Shown piece by piece: positions 1 through 9,358 of a stretch of DNA of 64,000 nucleotides (positions are counted from its first letter, which is position 1; every line of letters starts with the position of its first letter). A program made the position numbers and the translations under genes. Source of the stretch: Spirochaetia bacterium (lineage in GTDB: Bacteria > Spirochaetota > Spirochaetia > SZUA-6 > Bin103); contig CBDBDQ010000005.1 in NCBI GenBank assembly GCA_965203905.1, positions 1,600,001 to 1,664,000 of the forward strand, written 5' to 3'. A model generated the notes under the pieces. The model did no database searches. It was not told the DNA's origin and was given only the letters and a program-made list of their open reading frames with translations.

Positions 1-1
1 G

Positions 2-787
2 CAGGCCCGCCCGGCGTGCCGCCAGGATGTCGTTGCGCAGGTCGTTGCCGACCATCAGGAGCTGCTCCGGCCGGTGGCCGTGGTGCCGCGCCATGCGCTG
101 TGCGGCGTGTGCGTACAGCCGGGTCGAGGGCTTCGCTTCCCCCAGCACGAACGACCACACCACCAGCTCCGGGTCGAGGCTGACCTGCGGCAGCAGCGCA
201 GCCAGGACCAGCGGCGTGAAGAACTGGGCATTGGAGACGATTCCCACCGGCAGGTGCGCCTGTAGCGCGGCGATGACCCGCGCGGCGCCGGGCATCGGCC
301 ACACCGGGTTGCTGCGGCACTCGTAGCTGACGGCCGCGCGCCCTGCGGCGGTGCCGCTGGCGGTGGGCAGCAGGCGGCGCCAGATGACCCGTAGATCCAC
401 CTCGGGATGGGCAATTCCGCTGCCGGTGGCGGTCGCGTGGGCGACACGAATTGCGGCCTCCAGGTCGTGCACCAGCGCGGCCGCCGCCGGCGTGCGCGGG
501 TCGTCGGCCAGGCCCGCGTCATCCAGGGCGGCACCCATTGCGGCGCGCTTCGCCTCGGGGCTGCCACCGTGGCCGATCTCCCCTGCCGCGGAGATGAGCA
601 GCGTGCCGTAGACGTCGAACAGGACACCGCGGATGCCGGCGAGGCGACCGAGGCGTGCTGCGCCGCCGTCCTCGGGGGCCACCGGCTGCGGCGCCAGCGG
701 TTGTGCCAGGCACCGAATGAGAGCAATCAGGCCGGCGTTCTCGGAAGGGTGGCGTCCGGCAGCGGTGCGCGGCAAAGAAGCGCTCAT
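2..787 (-). CDS. HAD-superfamily hydrolase (runs off the left edge of the window)
   Basis: Manual translation, not in the ORF track: ATG at 787, motif I 'GVLFDVYGTLL' near 640-600 and motif IV 'LMVGNDLRNDI' near 60-25. Confidence 0.8.
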   Translation of the reverse strand, partial: MSASLPRTAAGRHPSENAGLIALIRCLAQPLAPQPVAPEDGGAARLGRLAGIRGVLFDVYGTLLISAAGEIGHGGSPEAKRAAMGAALDDAGLADDPRTPAAAALVHDLEAAIRVAHATATGSGIAHPEVDLRVIWRRLLPTASGTAAGRAAVSYECRSNPVWPMPGAARVIAALQAHLPVGIVSNAQFFTPLVLAALLPQVSLDPELVVWSFVLGEAKPSTRLYAHAAQRMARHHGHRPEQLLMVGNDLRNDILAARRAGL

Positions 788-935
788 GCAGCGACCTCGA
801 TGGTAGCACGCCGATCCCGAGCCGTGAACGCCGGGGCTGAGGCGTGAACGCGGGTGCCTGCACGCCCTGTGGCACACGGCGACCGAGAGCACGCCCGGCG
901 GCGAGTGCGCACGTGCTACGATGCCGCGCGGGAAC

Positions 936-2675
936 ATGGCCAAGCGCAAGAACCGCAGCAGCAGGCGTACCACGCCGCGCCACTCCCCGGCGCCCGCGCG
1001 AACCGGTTCGCGGCCGGGCCGATCCCGGCGGCGCGGCGCGACGGCACCACCGCGCGTGCCGGTGATGGACGTGCTGCTAGACAACCTGGTGCGCCCGCAC
1101 GTGGTGCAGGAGCCGCGCTGGAAGCTGCTCCCGCTGGTCCTCGCGCTGGCGTTCGCGGTGCGCGCGGCGGTGGCGCTGGCGGGCGACTTCGTCCTCCATC
1201 CCGACGAGATCATGCAGTACCTGGAGCCGGCTCATCGGCTGGCGTTCGGCAACGGCGTGATGTACTGGGAGTACTTCTACGGCGCGCGTTCGTGGCTGGT
1301 GCCCGGTCTGGTGGCCGGAGTGCTGAAGCTGTTCGACGCCGTCGGCCTGGGCGAGCCGCGGTGGTATGTCGACGGCGTCAAGCTGGTGTTCTGCGCGCTG
1401 TCGCTGGCGATTCCGGCGGGCATGTACCGTTTCGCCCGCCGCCACTTCAGCGAGACCGCGGCGCGGATGGCGCTGCTTGCGGGGACGCTGTGGTACGAAC
1501 TGGCAGGGTTCGCGCACAAGCCGCTGACCGAGTTCGTGGCCACCGTACCACTGATGGCGCTGCTGGCGCTGTGCGCGCGGCCGGCGGTCGACCGCCCGTG
1601 GGTGGTGTGTCGCGCGGCCCTGTTCGCCGTCCTGGTGGCGGCGATCAGGCTGCAGTACGCGCCGGTCGCCCTGGTGCTGCTCGGCATCGTGTTCCTGCGT
1701 ACGCGGTTGAAGCCGCTGCTTGCCGTGGTGGCGGCGGCGGGGTTCTGCGCCGTGGGCGTGTTCGATGCCCTGACCTGGGACGGCAACCTGTTCCACTCCT
1801 ACGTCACCAACCTGCGCTTCAACCTGATCCTGGGCGAGATGCGCACCGACGAGAGTCCCTGGTACCAGTTTCTGTGGTGGCTGACGCTCTCCGGCGGCGG
1901 GCTCAGCGCACTGTGCCTCGCCGGATCGTTGCGCTCCCCGCGCCGCTACGGGCTGCTGCTGGCGCTGATCGTCCTGGTGCTGCTGGCCCACACGCTGCAG
2001 GCACACAAGGAATACCGCTTCGTGTTCGCCGTAATTCCGCTGTGGCTGCTGCTCGGGGCGGACCTCGTGGTGCGCAGCGCCGCGTGGATCGCCGGGCGGC
2101 TGCCGGCACGACCCGGCCTGGCGCGCGGCACCAGCGCTCTGGCGGGCGTGCTGTTCGCGGCGGTGTCGCTGGCCGGCGTGCTGAATGCGCTGCCGCATCA
2201 GGAGCGGGTGTATCAGGCGTGGTCGCGGGAGACCGGCATCACCGGTTTCGTGCGCAACCAGGATCCGATCTTCGCCGTGTACCGCTACCTGTCCGAGGTT
2301 CCTGACGTCGGCGCGGTATGGCACGTCGACCGCCCCTACTTCAACCTGCCCGGCTACTACTACCTGCACCACGCGGTTCCGTTCTACGACGCCTACACCG
2401 GCGCCGGCATCAGCCGCGACCTGGCGATGGTCACCTCCTCGGTGAGCCACCTCGTGTCCGCGGACCGGGAGCTGGAGGTGCCCGGCTACTCCCTGGACCG
2501 GGAGTTCGGCGGTGTGCGCATTCTGCGCCGCGCTGCGCGCGAGCCGCCGGTGCGCCAATGGCGCGAGTACGCTCCGGTGATCGTGGACGAGCTGGTGCAA
2601 GGAATCATGGCGCAGGTCGCCGCGGAGCCGCCTGCGCCACCGGCAAACGCGGGCATCCGCTTCGCCGGGCGGTAG
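936..2675 (+). CDS. Alg9/PIG-B-like (GT22, GT-C fold) membrane mannosyltransferase
   Basis: 'HPDEIMQYLEPAHRLAFG..WEY..GARSW' and 'HKEYRF' motifs plus many TM helices; start 921 or 936. Confidence 0.75.
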   Translation: MAKRKNRSSRRTTPRHSPAPARTGSRPGRSRRRGATAPPRVPVMDVLLDNLVRPHVVQEPRWKLLPLVLALAFAVRAAVALAGDFVLHPDEIMQYLEPAHRLAFGNGVMYWEYFYGARSWLVPGLVAGVLKLFDAVGLGEPRWYVDGVKLVFCALSLAIPAGMYRFARRHFSETAARMALLAGTLWYELAGFAHKPLTEFVATVPLMALLALCARPAVDRPWVVCRAALFAVLVAAIRLQYAPVALVLLGIVFLRTRLKPLLAVVAAAGFCAVGVFDALTWDGNLFHSYVTNLRFNLILGEMRTDESPWYQFLWWLTLSGGGLSALCLAGSLRSPRRYGLLLALIVLVLLAHTLQAHKEYRFVFAVIPLWLLLGADLVVRSAAWIAGRLPARPGLARGTSALAGVLFAAVSLAGVLNALPHQERVYQAWSRETGITGFVRNQDPIFAVYRYLSEVPDVGAVWHVDRPYFNLPGYYYLHHAVPFYDAYTGAGISRDLAMVTSSVSHLVSADRELEVPGYSLDREFGGVRILRRAAREPPVRQWREYAPVIVDELVQGIMAQVAAEPPAPPANAGIRFAGR

Positions 2676-2716
2676 CGGCGGTAGCGGGCGGCGCAGGCCG
2701 CGTATAATCCCGAGCC

Positions 2717-3763
2717 GTGAGCGGTACTACCTTGCATCAGGGGCTGATCGTGCACGCGGATGGGCGCTTCGTCGCCGACCTGGAGGTGGGCGGTACGGTG
2801 GTGCGCGAGTTGCGCCTGCCGCAGTCGGCGGCCGCTGCCGGCGCCGGGTGGCGTGATCTCACCGGCAAGTTGGTGCTTCCCGGTCCGGTTGTGCTGCGTC
2901 GCACCGTGGCCGCGGGCGAGTGGGAGGCGGCGACGGGCGCCAACGGGCCGCCCGCCACCACGGTTGCCACCGTGCTGCGCGGCGGCGTCGCCACGGCGGC
3001 GGCGGCGGAACCGGCGCCGGTTGCGGTCGACGCAGTGCCGGTCCCGTTGCTGGCGGGCGTCGAGGGGGAGCTCGACGCGCTTCCCGAAGCGGTGTTCGGG
3101 AGCGGATGCGCGGCATTCGCGCTGGACGACGGCGCGTTCGAAGGAAGCAGCCTCGACCAGCTCGAAGTGCTGGTCCGTGTGCTCGGCCACTGCGGCGCGA
3201 CCCTGGTCGTGCTCAGCGACCGGAGGCGCACCATGGAGGCGGGACTCGGCGGGCTGCCGGCGCCGCTGGACGGGTGTCGGGTGCTGCTGGCTCCGGCCGG
3301 GGCCGCGGGCATGCGGCGAGCGGTAGCGGCCGCCCGCGGCAGCGGCGGACCGGGCAGCGGGGTCGCCGTGGCGGTGCCGGCCGAGCTGCTGCTGGATACG
3401 GGGGAAGCGGCTGCCGAGTGGTGGCTGGAAGTACGTGCCGGCGTTGTCGCCGCGGTGAGTGTCGGCACCGGGGTCGGAACGCAACTCGCGGCGCGCCTGT
3501 GGTGGGCGGGGGTGGCCACCGGCCGGGTGACCCTGGAAGAGCTGGCGGCGCTGCTGTGCCGCCAGCCGGCGTGGCTGTTCGGACTGCCCGCCAAGGGCCG
3601 CCTCCATCCCGGCTGCGATGCGGACCTGATGGTACTGGACCCCGAGGCCGAATCGACCGGCCACACGCGCGGCGCGGTCGTTCTGACGCTGCGCGGGGGC
3701 GCGGATGCCGCTGCCCGGCCAGGTCGCTGGATCGGCGCCACCCCGGTGCGGGAACCGATGTGA
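2717..3763 (+). CDS. Degenerate cyclic amidohydrolase (dihydropyrimidinase/allantoinase-like)
   Basis: 'DLTGKLVLPG' near the N-terminus and 'PAWLFGLPAKGRLHPGCDADLMVLDP' near the C-terminus; metal-binding DxHxH absent. Confidence 0.6.
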   Translation: MSGTTLHQGLIVHADGRFVADLEVGGTVVRELRLPQSAAAAGAGWRDLTGKLVLPGPVVLRRTVAAGEWEAATGANGPPATTVATVLRGGVATAAAAEPAPVAVDAVPVPLLAGVEGELDALPEAVFGSGCAAFALDDGAFEGSSLDQLEVLVRVLGHCGATLVVLSDRRRTMEAGLGGLPAPLDGCRVLLAPAGAAGMRRAVAAARGSGGPGSGVAVAVPAELLLDTGEAAAEWWLEVRAGVVAAVSVGTGVGTQLAARLWWAGVATGRVTLEELAALLCRQPAWLFGLPAKGRLHPGCDADLMVLDPEAESTGHTRGAVVLTLRGGADAAARPGRWIGATPVREPM

Positions 3764-3781
3764 GTGGCGCGCTACGGTGGG

Positions 3782-4237
3782 CTACCGTTCCGGGCCCATG
3801 CGGCGCTTGAGGGACTCCAGCTCGGCGGCGGCGCGCTGCTCGGCGGACAAGCGATCGAAATCCTCCTTCAGCGTGTCATGGTCCCCGACCATCTCCTGGA
3901 GCTGGGCCAGCAGTTGCTCCGCGTCCACGGTTGCAGGGTCCGTGGCGCGGATGCGGCGAAGCTGGCGCTGCAGCACCTCCACCTGCGCCCGGAGCTCGGC
4001 CTCCTCCGCGGCGATCCGCCCGCAATCCTCCTGCGCGCGGCGCAACCGGTCGCGCGCCGCGTCCCGCAGCCGGTCGTCCCCGGCCGCCACCGCCCGCTGC
4101 ACCCGTTGTTCCCACGTACGGCGCTCGGTTTCCAGTTGCTGGCGCCGCTTGACGGTGAGCCGCAAGGTGGTCATGAACCTGTGAACGTACTCCCGCGCGG
4201 CGGCTGGGTCGAGGCCGCTGAGGTCGGTATCATCCAT
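3782..4237 (-). CDS. PspA/IM30-like coiled-coil protein
   Basis: 'WEQRVQRAVAAGDDRLRDAA' and C-terminal 'AAAELESLKRRM' match the PspA pattern; ATG at 4237. Confidence 0.6.
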   Translation of the reverse strand: MDDTDLSGLDPAAAREYVHRFMTTLRLTVKRRQQLETERRTWEQRVQRAVAAGDDRLRDAARDRLRRAQEDCGRIAAEEAELRAQVEVLQRQLRRIRATDPATVDAEQLLAQLQEMVGDHDTLKEDFDRLSAEQRAAAELESLKRRMGPER

Positions 4238-4268
4238 GGCAACGCCATGATAGGAACGGGCCGCCGCT

Positions 4269-4934
4269 TTGGATAGCGCACGGTCGGCTGCCCATGCGCT
4301 GCTGCGTGACGGGCTGCGCCGCCTGGGCCTGGATGAGAACGGCGCCCTGGTTGGCGCACTGACCCGGTTCGCCGACCTGATCGACGCCGCCAACCCGGTC
4401 TATCGACTGGTCCGCGCGGACCTCCCGCGGCTGGTCACCCACCACCTGCTGGACAGCCTGGCGGCGGTACCGGCGTTGCGCCTGGTCGCCCGGCGCGCCA
4501 CCGTGCTCGATGTGGGCAGCGGTGCCGGCCTGCCCGGTGTTCCGCTGGCACTGGCACTGCCCGATTCGCGGGTCACCCTGCTGGAGCGGAGCGCTCGGCG
4601 CGTGGCATTTCTGCACCAGGTCCGGCGCGAACTGGCGCTGCGCGAGCTGAGCATCGTCGGCCGGCCGCTGGCGGAGGCGTCGCTGGCGCCGTTCGACGTG
4701 GTGACCTGGCGCGCCGTGGCGCCGCTGGCCCGGCTGCTGCCGGAGTTGCGGCCGGTGCTGCACCGCTGCTCCACGGTGGCGGTGTATCAAGGCACCGCCG
4801 ACACCGTGCGTCGTGAGCTGGCGGCGCTACGGGCACTCGCCGGCGCCGCGCCGCAGGTGCAGGTCGTCCCCCTCAGCGTCCCCTCGCTGGAGGCGCAGCG
4901 CCACCTCATCCTGCTCCGTGGAGTGCGACGGTGA
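4269..4934 (+). CDS. rsmG: 16S rRNA (guanine(527)-N7)-methyltransferase
   Basis: 'HLLDSL', 'LDVGSGAGLPGVPLA', 'FDVVTWRAVAPL'. Confidence 0.9.
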   Translation: MDSARSAAHALLRDGLRRLGLDENGALVGALTRFADLIDAANPVYRLVRADLPRLVTHHLLDSLAAVPALRLVARRATVLDVGSGAGLPGVPLALALPDSRVTLLERSARRVAFLHQVRRELALRELSIVGRPLAEASLAPFDVVTWRAVAPLARLLPELRPVLHRCSTVAVYQGTADTVRRELAALRALAGAAPQVQVVPLSVPSLEAQRHLILLRGVRR

Positions 4935-5755
4935 CCCTGAGCGTGTGGCAGTCGGCGCTGCTTGGCGCGCTCCAGGGGGCCACCGAGTTCCTGCCGGTCT
5001 CCAGCTCGGGGCACCTCGTGTTGCTGCGCGAGATGCTGGGGATGGGCGAGGTGCCCCTGCTGTTCGACGTGCTGCTGCACCTGTCGACCCTGGCCGCGGT
5101 GGGAGTGGTGTTCCGGCGCCGGCTCGCCGATCTGGTTGGCGCCGCCGGCGACTGGTTGCGACCGCCGGGGCGCCGCCGTGCGGGACGCGCCGCGGACCGG
5201 CGCCTGCTGCGGTTGCTGCTGCTGGCCTCCGCGGCGACCGCCGGCGTGGGCTTCTTGGTGCAGCGCCTGGGGGTCCCGCGGGAGCCACGCTTCGTGGCGC
5301 TCATGCTGCTGGCGACCGCCGTCCTCCTGGTCGCCGCCCGCGTTCTGAGGGGCGCGGCGCTGCCGCGCCCGCACTGGCGGCCACGCTGGCCGTGGGCGCT
5401 GCTGGTGGGCGTGGTGCAGGGCGTTGCGGTGCTGCCGGGCATCTCCCGCTCCGGCGCCACCATCGCCGCGGGGGTGGTCGCCGGCGCTGACCGGGAGACG
5501 GCGGCGGAGTTCTCGTTCCTGGCCGCGATACCGGCGATCGTCGGTGCGCTGGCGGTGTCGCTGCCCGAGGCTGCGGCGCTTGGAGCCGCGACCAGCGCCA
5601 CCGCCATCGCCAGCGGCCTGGTGGCCTCCTTCGCCGTGGGCTGGGTTGCCCTCAACCTCCTGCTGCGAATCGTACGCCGCGGCCGCCTGCACCTGTTCGC
5701 CCTGTACCTGGTCCCGGTCGGCCTGCTGGGATTGATCCTTCTGCCCCCCACCTGA
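4931..5755 (+). CDS. uppP: Undecaprenyl-diphosphate phosphatase (BacA)
   Basis: 'QGATEFLPVSSSGHL' and 'PGISRSGAT'; 4-nt overlap with rsmG. Confidence 0.93.
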   Translation: MTLSVWQSALLGALQGATEFLPVSSSGHLVLLREMLGMGEVPLLFDVLLHLSTLAAVGVVFRRRLADLVGAAGDWLRPPGRRRAGRAADRRLLRLLLLASAATAGVGFLVQRLGVPREPRFVALMLLATAVLLVAARVLRGAALPRPHWRPRWPWALLVGVVQGVAVLPGISRSGATIAAGVVAGADRETAAEFSFLAAIPAIVGALAVSLPEAAALGAATSATAIASGLVASFAVGWVALNLLLRIVRRGRLHLFALYLVPVGLLGLILLPPT

Positions 5756-5945
5756 CCGGGTTGCGCCGGCGCCGTTTCGGCGCATCAGCGACCCGAATTG
5801 GGTACGCTTCGGCAGCGATTGTGGGGGCGTCCGCCGCACGCGGAGGTGCGCGCTACTGCGTCCCGCGGGCTGCCGTGCCGATACTCTGGTATATGGTCAC
5901 CAGCCCCAGCAGGACCTCCGGCATGCCGGGGTGGGCGCCGGATCG

Positions 5946-8261
5946 ATGAGTAACCACGGTCACTCCGGTGGCCGCCACTTACGGAACAGGCTCTCGTGGC
6001 TGCCGCAACGGTGGGGGCTTCCCGGCAGCGGCCTGCAGCAGTGGTGTGCCGTCGCGTTGGCGGCTACCGGCACCTTCGCGCTCGCCTCGTTGATCCCGTT
6101 TCTAGCGGCCGGTCGTCCCACCACCGCACAGTTCCCGCTGAACGTGCTGTACGCCCCGGCGTGGTTCCTGTTCGACTCGTTCCTCTGGTTCGCGCTGCTG
6201 ATCCCCGCGCTGTGCTATGCCTACGTGTTCGTGCTGTTCAGCGAACGGGTAACCCGCGAAGTGCCGGCAGCCCTGGTCGCGGTGGGGTTGGTGCTGCCGG
6301 TGGTGAGCACCCTGGCGCACGTCGTGGCCGCCACGGACCGGGCACTGGCCGCGGTGGCGCTGGTGGCCGCCTTCGGCCGGGCGCCCGCTGCCATCCTGCT
6401 GATCCTGGTGCTCATTCTGGAAGGGGTCGCCGGGTTCGCGCTGCTGCAGCGCTGGAGGCGGAGCGATCAGCGGCCGCCGGTGCGAGCGGAATCGGCTTCG
6501 CTGCCGGCGCTTGCGGAACCGGTCGGCCAGGTACCCGCTGCCTGGCCACCTCCCGCGGCGGTCACGGCAAACGGCAGCGGTGGCGCCGCGGTGGACCTCA
6601 ACGGCACCGCGCATACCGAGCCTGCGGCGCCGGCGGAGGAGGACCCGGAAGCCGACTCCGATCCGCTGGAGGAGGGGCAGCACCAGTTACCGGATACGGC
6701 TGCCTCCGAGCAGGTGAACGGCTCGCCGACCTCCGCAGCCACCCCCGAGGCGCAGCAGCCGAAACCTCCTCCAACTCCTCCAGCGCCCGCCAAGCGCTCT
6801 GCGACGGGTGGCGGCCGCTCGCGGCCGCGCTCCTACCGCGTTCCACTGGAGATCCTCGACGCCTACGAACCCGAGGCGGCCTGGCAGGTGGACAACGACA
6901 CCCGCGAGGCGGCCTCCACCCTCATGGCCACGCTGGCGGAGTTCAAGATCGATGCCGAGGTCACGGGCATCCGGCGCGGGCCGGTGATCACCATGTTCGA
7001 GCTGTTGCCCGCTCCCGGAGTGAAGATCTCGCGCATCGTCAACCTGGCGGACAACATCGCGTTGCGGCTGGCAGCTTCGCGGGTGCGGATCGTGGCGCCG
7101 ATTCCAGGGAAGCACGCGGTGGGCATCGAAGTGCCCAACCGCCACCGCGCCGTGGTCTCGTTCCGCGAAATCGTGAGCCTGCCGCAGTTCAAGCCCGACC
7201 CCAAGGGGCTGCCCACCGGTGTTCCCATCGTGCTGGGAAAGGACATCACCGGCGAGGCACAGGTGTTCGATCTCACCGCGACGCCCCACCTGCTGATTGC
7301 CGGCGCTACCGGAGCGGGCAAGTCGGTACTGGTGAATGCCCTGATCTGCTCGGTGCTCTATTCGCGCACGCCCGAGCAGGTGCGGCTGCTGCTGATCGAC
7401 CCCAAGATCGTCGAGCTCAAGTTGTACAACGACGTGCCGCACCTGCTGACCCCGGTTATCACCGACCCCAAGAGGGCGTTTCAGGCCTTGCAGTACTGCT
7501 TGTACGAAATGGATCGCCGCTATGCCCTGCTGGACAATCTCGGGGTGCGCGACATCAACTCCTACAATCGCAGGCTGCTGGCGCGCGAGGAGCGGGTCAC
7601 CGCGGGGCCGCTGCCCTACCTGGTGATCGTGATCGACGAGTTCGCTGACCTGATGGCTACCACCGGCAAGGAACTGGAGTCCACCCTGGCACGGCTGGCG
7701 GCCATGGCGCGCGCCGTGGGCATCCACATCGTGCTCGCCACGCAGCGTCCGTCTATCGACGTGATCACGGGTCTGATCAAGGCCAACATACCCTCCCGCA
7801 TCGCCTTCATGGTGGCCAGCAAGTTCGACTCCCGCATCATCATCGACGCGGTGGGGGCGGAGAAGCTGCTCGGCCGCGGCGACATGCTGTTCGTGCCGGC
7901 CTGGGACGCCAACCCGATGCGCATCCAGGGGGCGCTGGTCTCGGAGGAGGAAGTGGAGCTGGTTGCCGAGAAGGTGCGCGAGCTGGGTGAACCCGACTAC
8001 ATCGACGAGGACCTGCTGTTCGATGACGAGGAGTCGGAGCTGGTGCTGGAGCCGGGCGGCAACGACCCGCTCATGGATCAGGCGCTCGAAGTGGTCGCCG
8101 GCGCCGGCAAGGCCTCCGCCTCCTACCTGCAGCGCAAGCTCAAGATCGGCTACAACCGGGCCGCGCGCCTGGTCGAGGAGATGGAGCAGCGCGGCATCGT
8201 CGGACCCGCCAACGGCAGCAAGCCGCGCGAGATCCTGAACTTGCCGAGCCGGAGCGAATAA
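5946..8261 (+). CDS. ftsK: DNA translocase FtsK/SpoIIIE
   Basis: N-terminal TM region, 'PHLLIAGATGAGKS', 'VIDEFADLM', gamma domain 'LQRKLKIGYNRAARL'; start 5931 or 5946. Confidence 0.95.
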   Translation: MSNHGHSGGRHLRNRLSWLPQRWGLPGSGLQQWCAVALAATGTFALASLIPFLAAGRPTTAQFPLNVLYAPAWFLFDSFLWFALLIPALCYAYVFVLFSERVTREVPAALVAVGLVLPVVSTLAHVVAATDRALAAVALVAAFGRAPAAILLILVLILEGVAGFALLQRWRRSDQRPPVRAESASLPALAEPVGQVPAAWPPPAAVTANGSGGAAVDLNGTAHTEPAAPAEEDPEADSDPLEEGQHQLPDTAASEQVNGSPTSAATPEAQQPKPPPTPPAPAKRSATGGGRSRPRSYRVPLEILDAYEPEAAWQVDNDTREAASTLMATLAEFKIDAEVTGIRRGPVITMFELLPAPGVKISRIVNLADNIALRLAASRVRIVAPIPGKHAVGIEVPNRHRAVVSFREIVSLPQFKPDPKGLPTGVPIVLGKDITGEAQVFDLTATPHLLIAGATGAGKSVLVNALICSVLYSRTPEQVRLLLIDPKIVELKLYNDVPHLLTPVITDPKRAFQALQYCLYEMDRRYALLDNLGVRDINSYNRRLLAREERVTAGPLPYLVIVIDEFADLMATTGKELESTLARLAAMARAVGIHIVLATQRPSIDVITGLIKANIPSRIAFMVASKFDSRIIIDAVGAEKLLGRGDMLFVPAWDANPMRIQGALVSEEEVELVAEKVRELGEPDYIDEDLLFDDEESELVLEPGGNDPLMDQALEVVAGAGKASASYLQRKLKIGYNRAARLVEEMEQRGIVGPANGSKPREILNLPSRSE

Positions 8262-8387
8262 CCCGACCGGCTGCGAAATCCCTCTGGACTTCTGGATTGT
8301 CCTCGGCCGGCAGACATGTCACTTTCGTCGTCATCGCCACCTCCGCTGCCGAAGAGATGCATAGATGCGATCGGGTAGGAGGCCCAC

Positions 8388-9086
8388 TCAGGTGACCGGC
8401 TTCATGGCGCCGACCGCGGCGGCGATGGCGGATGCCGCCATGGGGGTGGCGGTGATCTCCGTGTTGATCACCAGGTGGTAGAGGGCGACGTCGTTCCAGT
8501 CGACGTGATAGTTGCGGTGCACGAAGGCCGCCCGGCGCCGGTCGCTGAGACGCACCTGCTGCAAGGCGTCGCGGAAGCTCACCCCCTCCTCGGCCGCGAG
8601 ACGCTCCGCGCGCGCCTCCTCGGAGGCCACGATGCGAACCCGCACCACGCGTGGGTCGTCCCGAAGCACCACCATGCCGCCGCGGCCGACGATGATTACC
8701 TTGCCCCGCTCGCTCAGGCGGTGAATGGTCTGCTGAATCAGGCGGTGGTACTGTTGCCGGTCGAGGTAGTGCAGCTCCTCGCTGGTATCGGCGTCGACCG
8801 GCGGTACGAAGATCCCACCCGGACCGTGGTAGGACAGATCGACCAGTGAGGAGGAGGGCACGCTGGTCGCGCTCTCCATGGTGAACCAGCGACTCAGGAA
8901 CCCGCGGACGCCGGGCTCCTCCACTTCGTCGATCTCGGCCACTTCCTCTTCGTCGACGCGCGCCTGGTCGGCCACCTCGGTGATCAGCGCCTTGTCGACC
9001 ACGTCGTAGCCGAGCAGTTCCGCGGCGCGCAGGCAGATCGCGCGGGCGCCGCTGCCGAGTTGCCGGGAAATGGTTACCACTGCCAT
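8388..9086 (-). CDS. Cytidylate kinase-like family protein
   Basis: 'VVTISRQLGSG', 'IIVGRGG', 'YHLVINT'. Confidence 0.85.
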   Translation of the reverse strand: MAVVTISRQLGSGARAICLRAAELLGYDVVDKALITEVADQARVDEEEVAEIDEVEEPGVRGFLSRWFTMESATSVPSSSLVDLSYHGPGGIFVPPVDADTSEELHYLDRQQYHRLIQQTIHRLSERGKVIIVGRGGMVVLRDDPRVVRVRIVASEEARAERLAAEEGVSFRDALQQVRLSDRRRAAFVHRNYHVDWNDVALYHLVINTEITATPMAASAIAAAVGAMKPVT

Positions 9087-9168
9087 ATCGCCCTCCCGCG
9101 CGCCGCCGCTTGCACTGCCGCCACGTCGCGTCCGCGGACTCGGGTAGCGGTGATGGACAGCACGCTTC

Positions 9169-9242
<74 letters not shown>

Positions 9243-9358
9243 CCCTGAGGTGCGGCATGGTACACGTTCATCATACCCGCTTGCTACCCGCCGATCGCAA
9301 CCTGCCGGCGGCGCCGATTGCCCGCCGCGCCGCCGGCGCCGGAGCCGCAAACGGCCGG

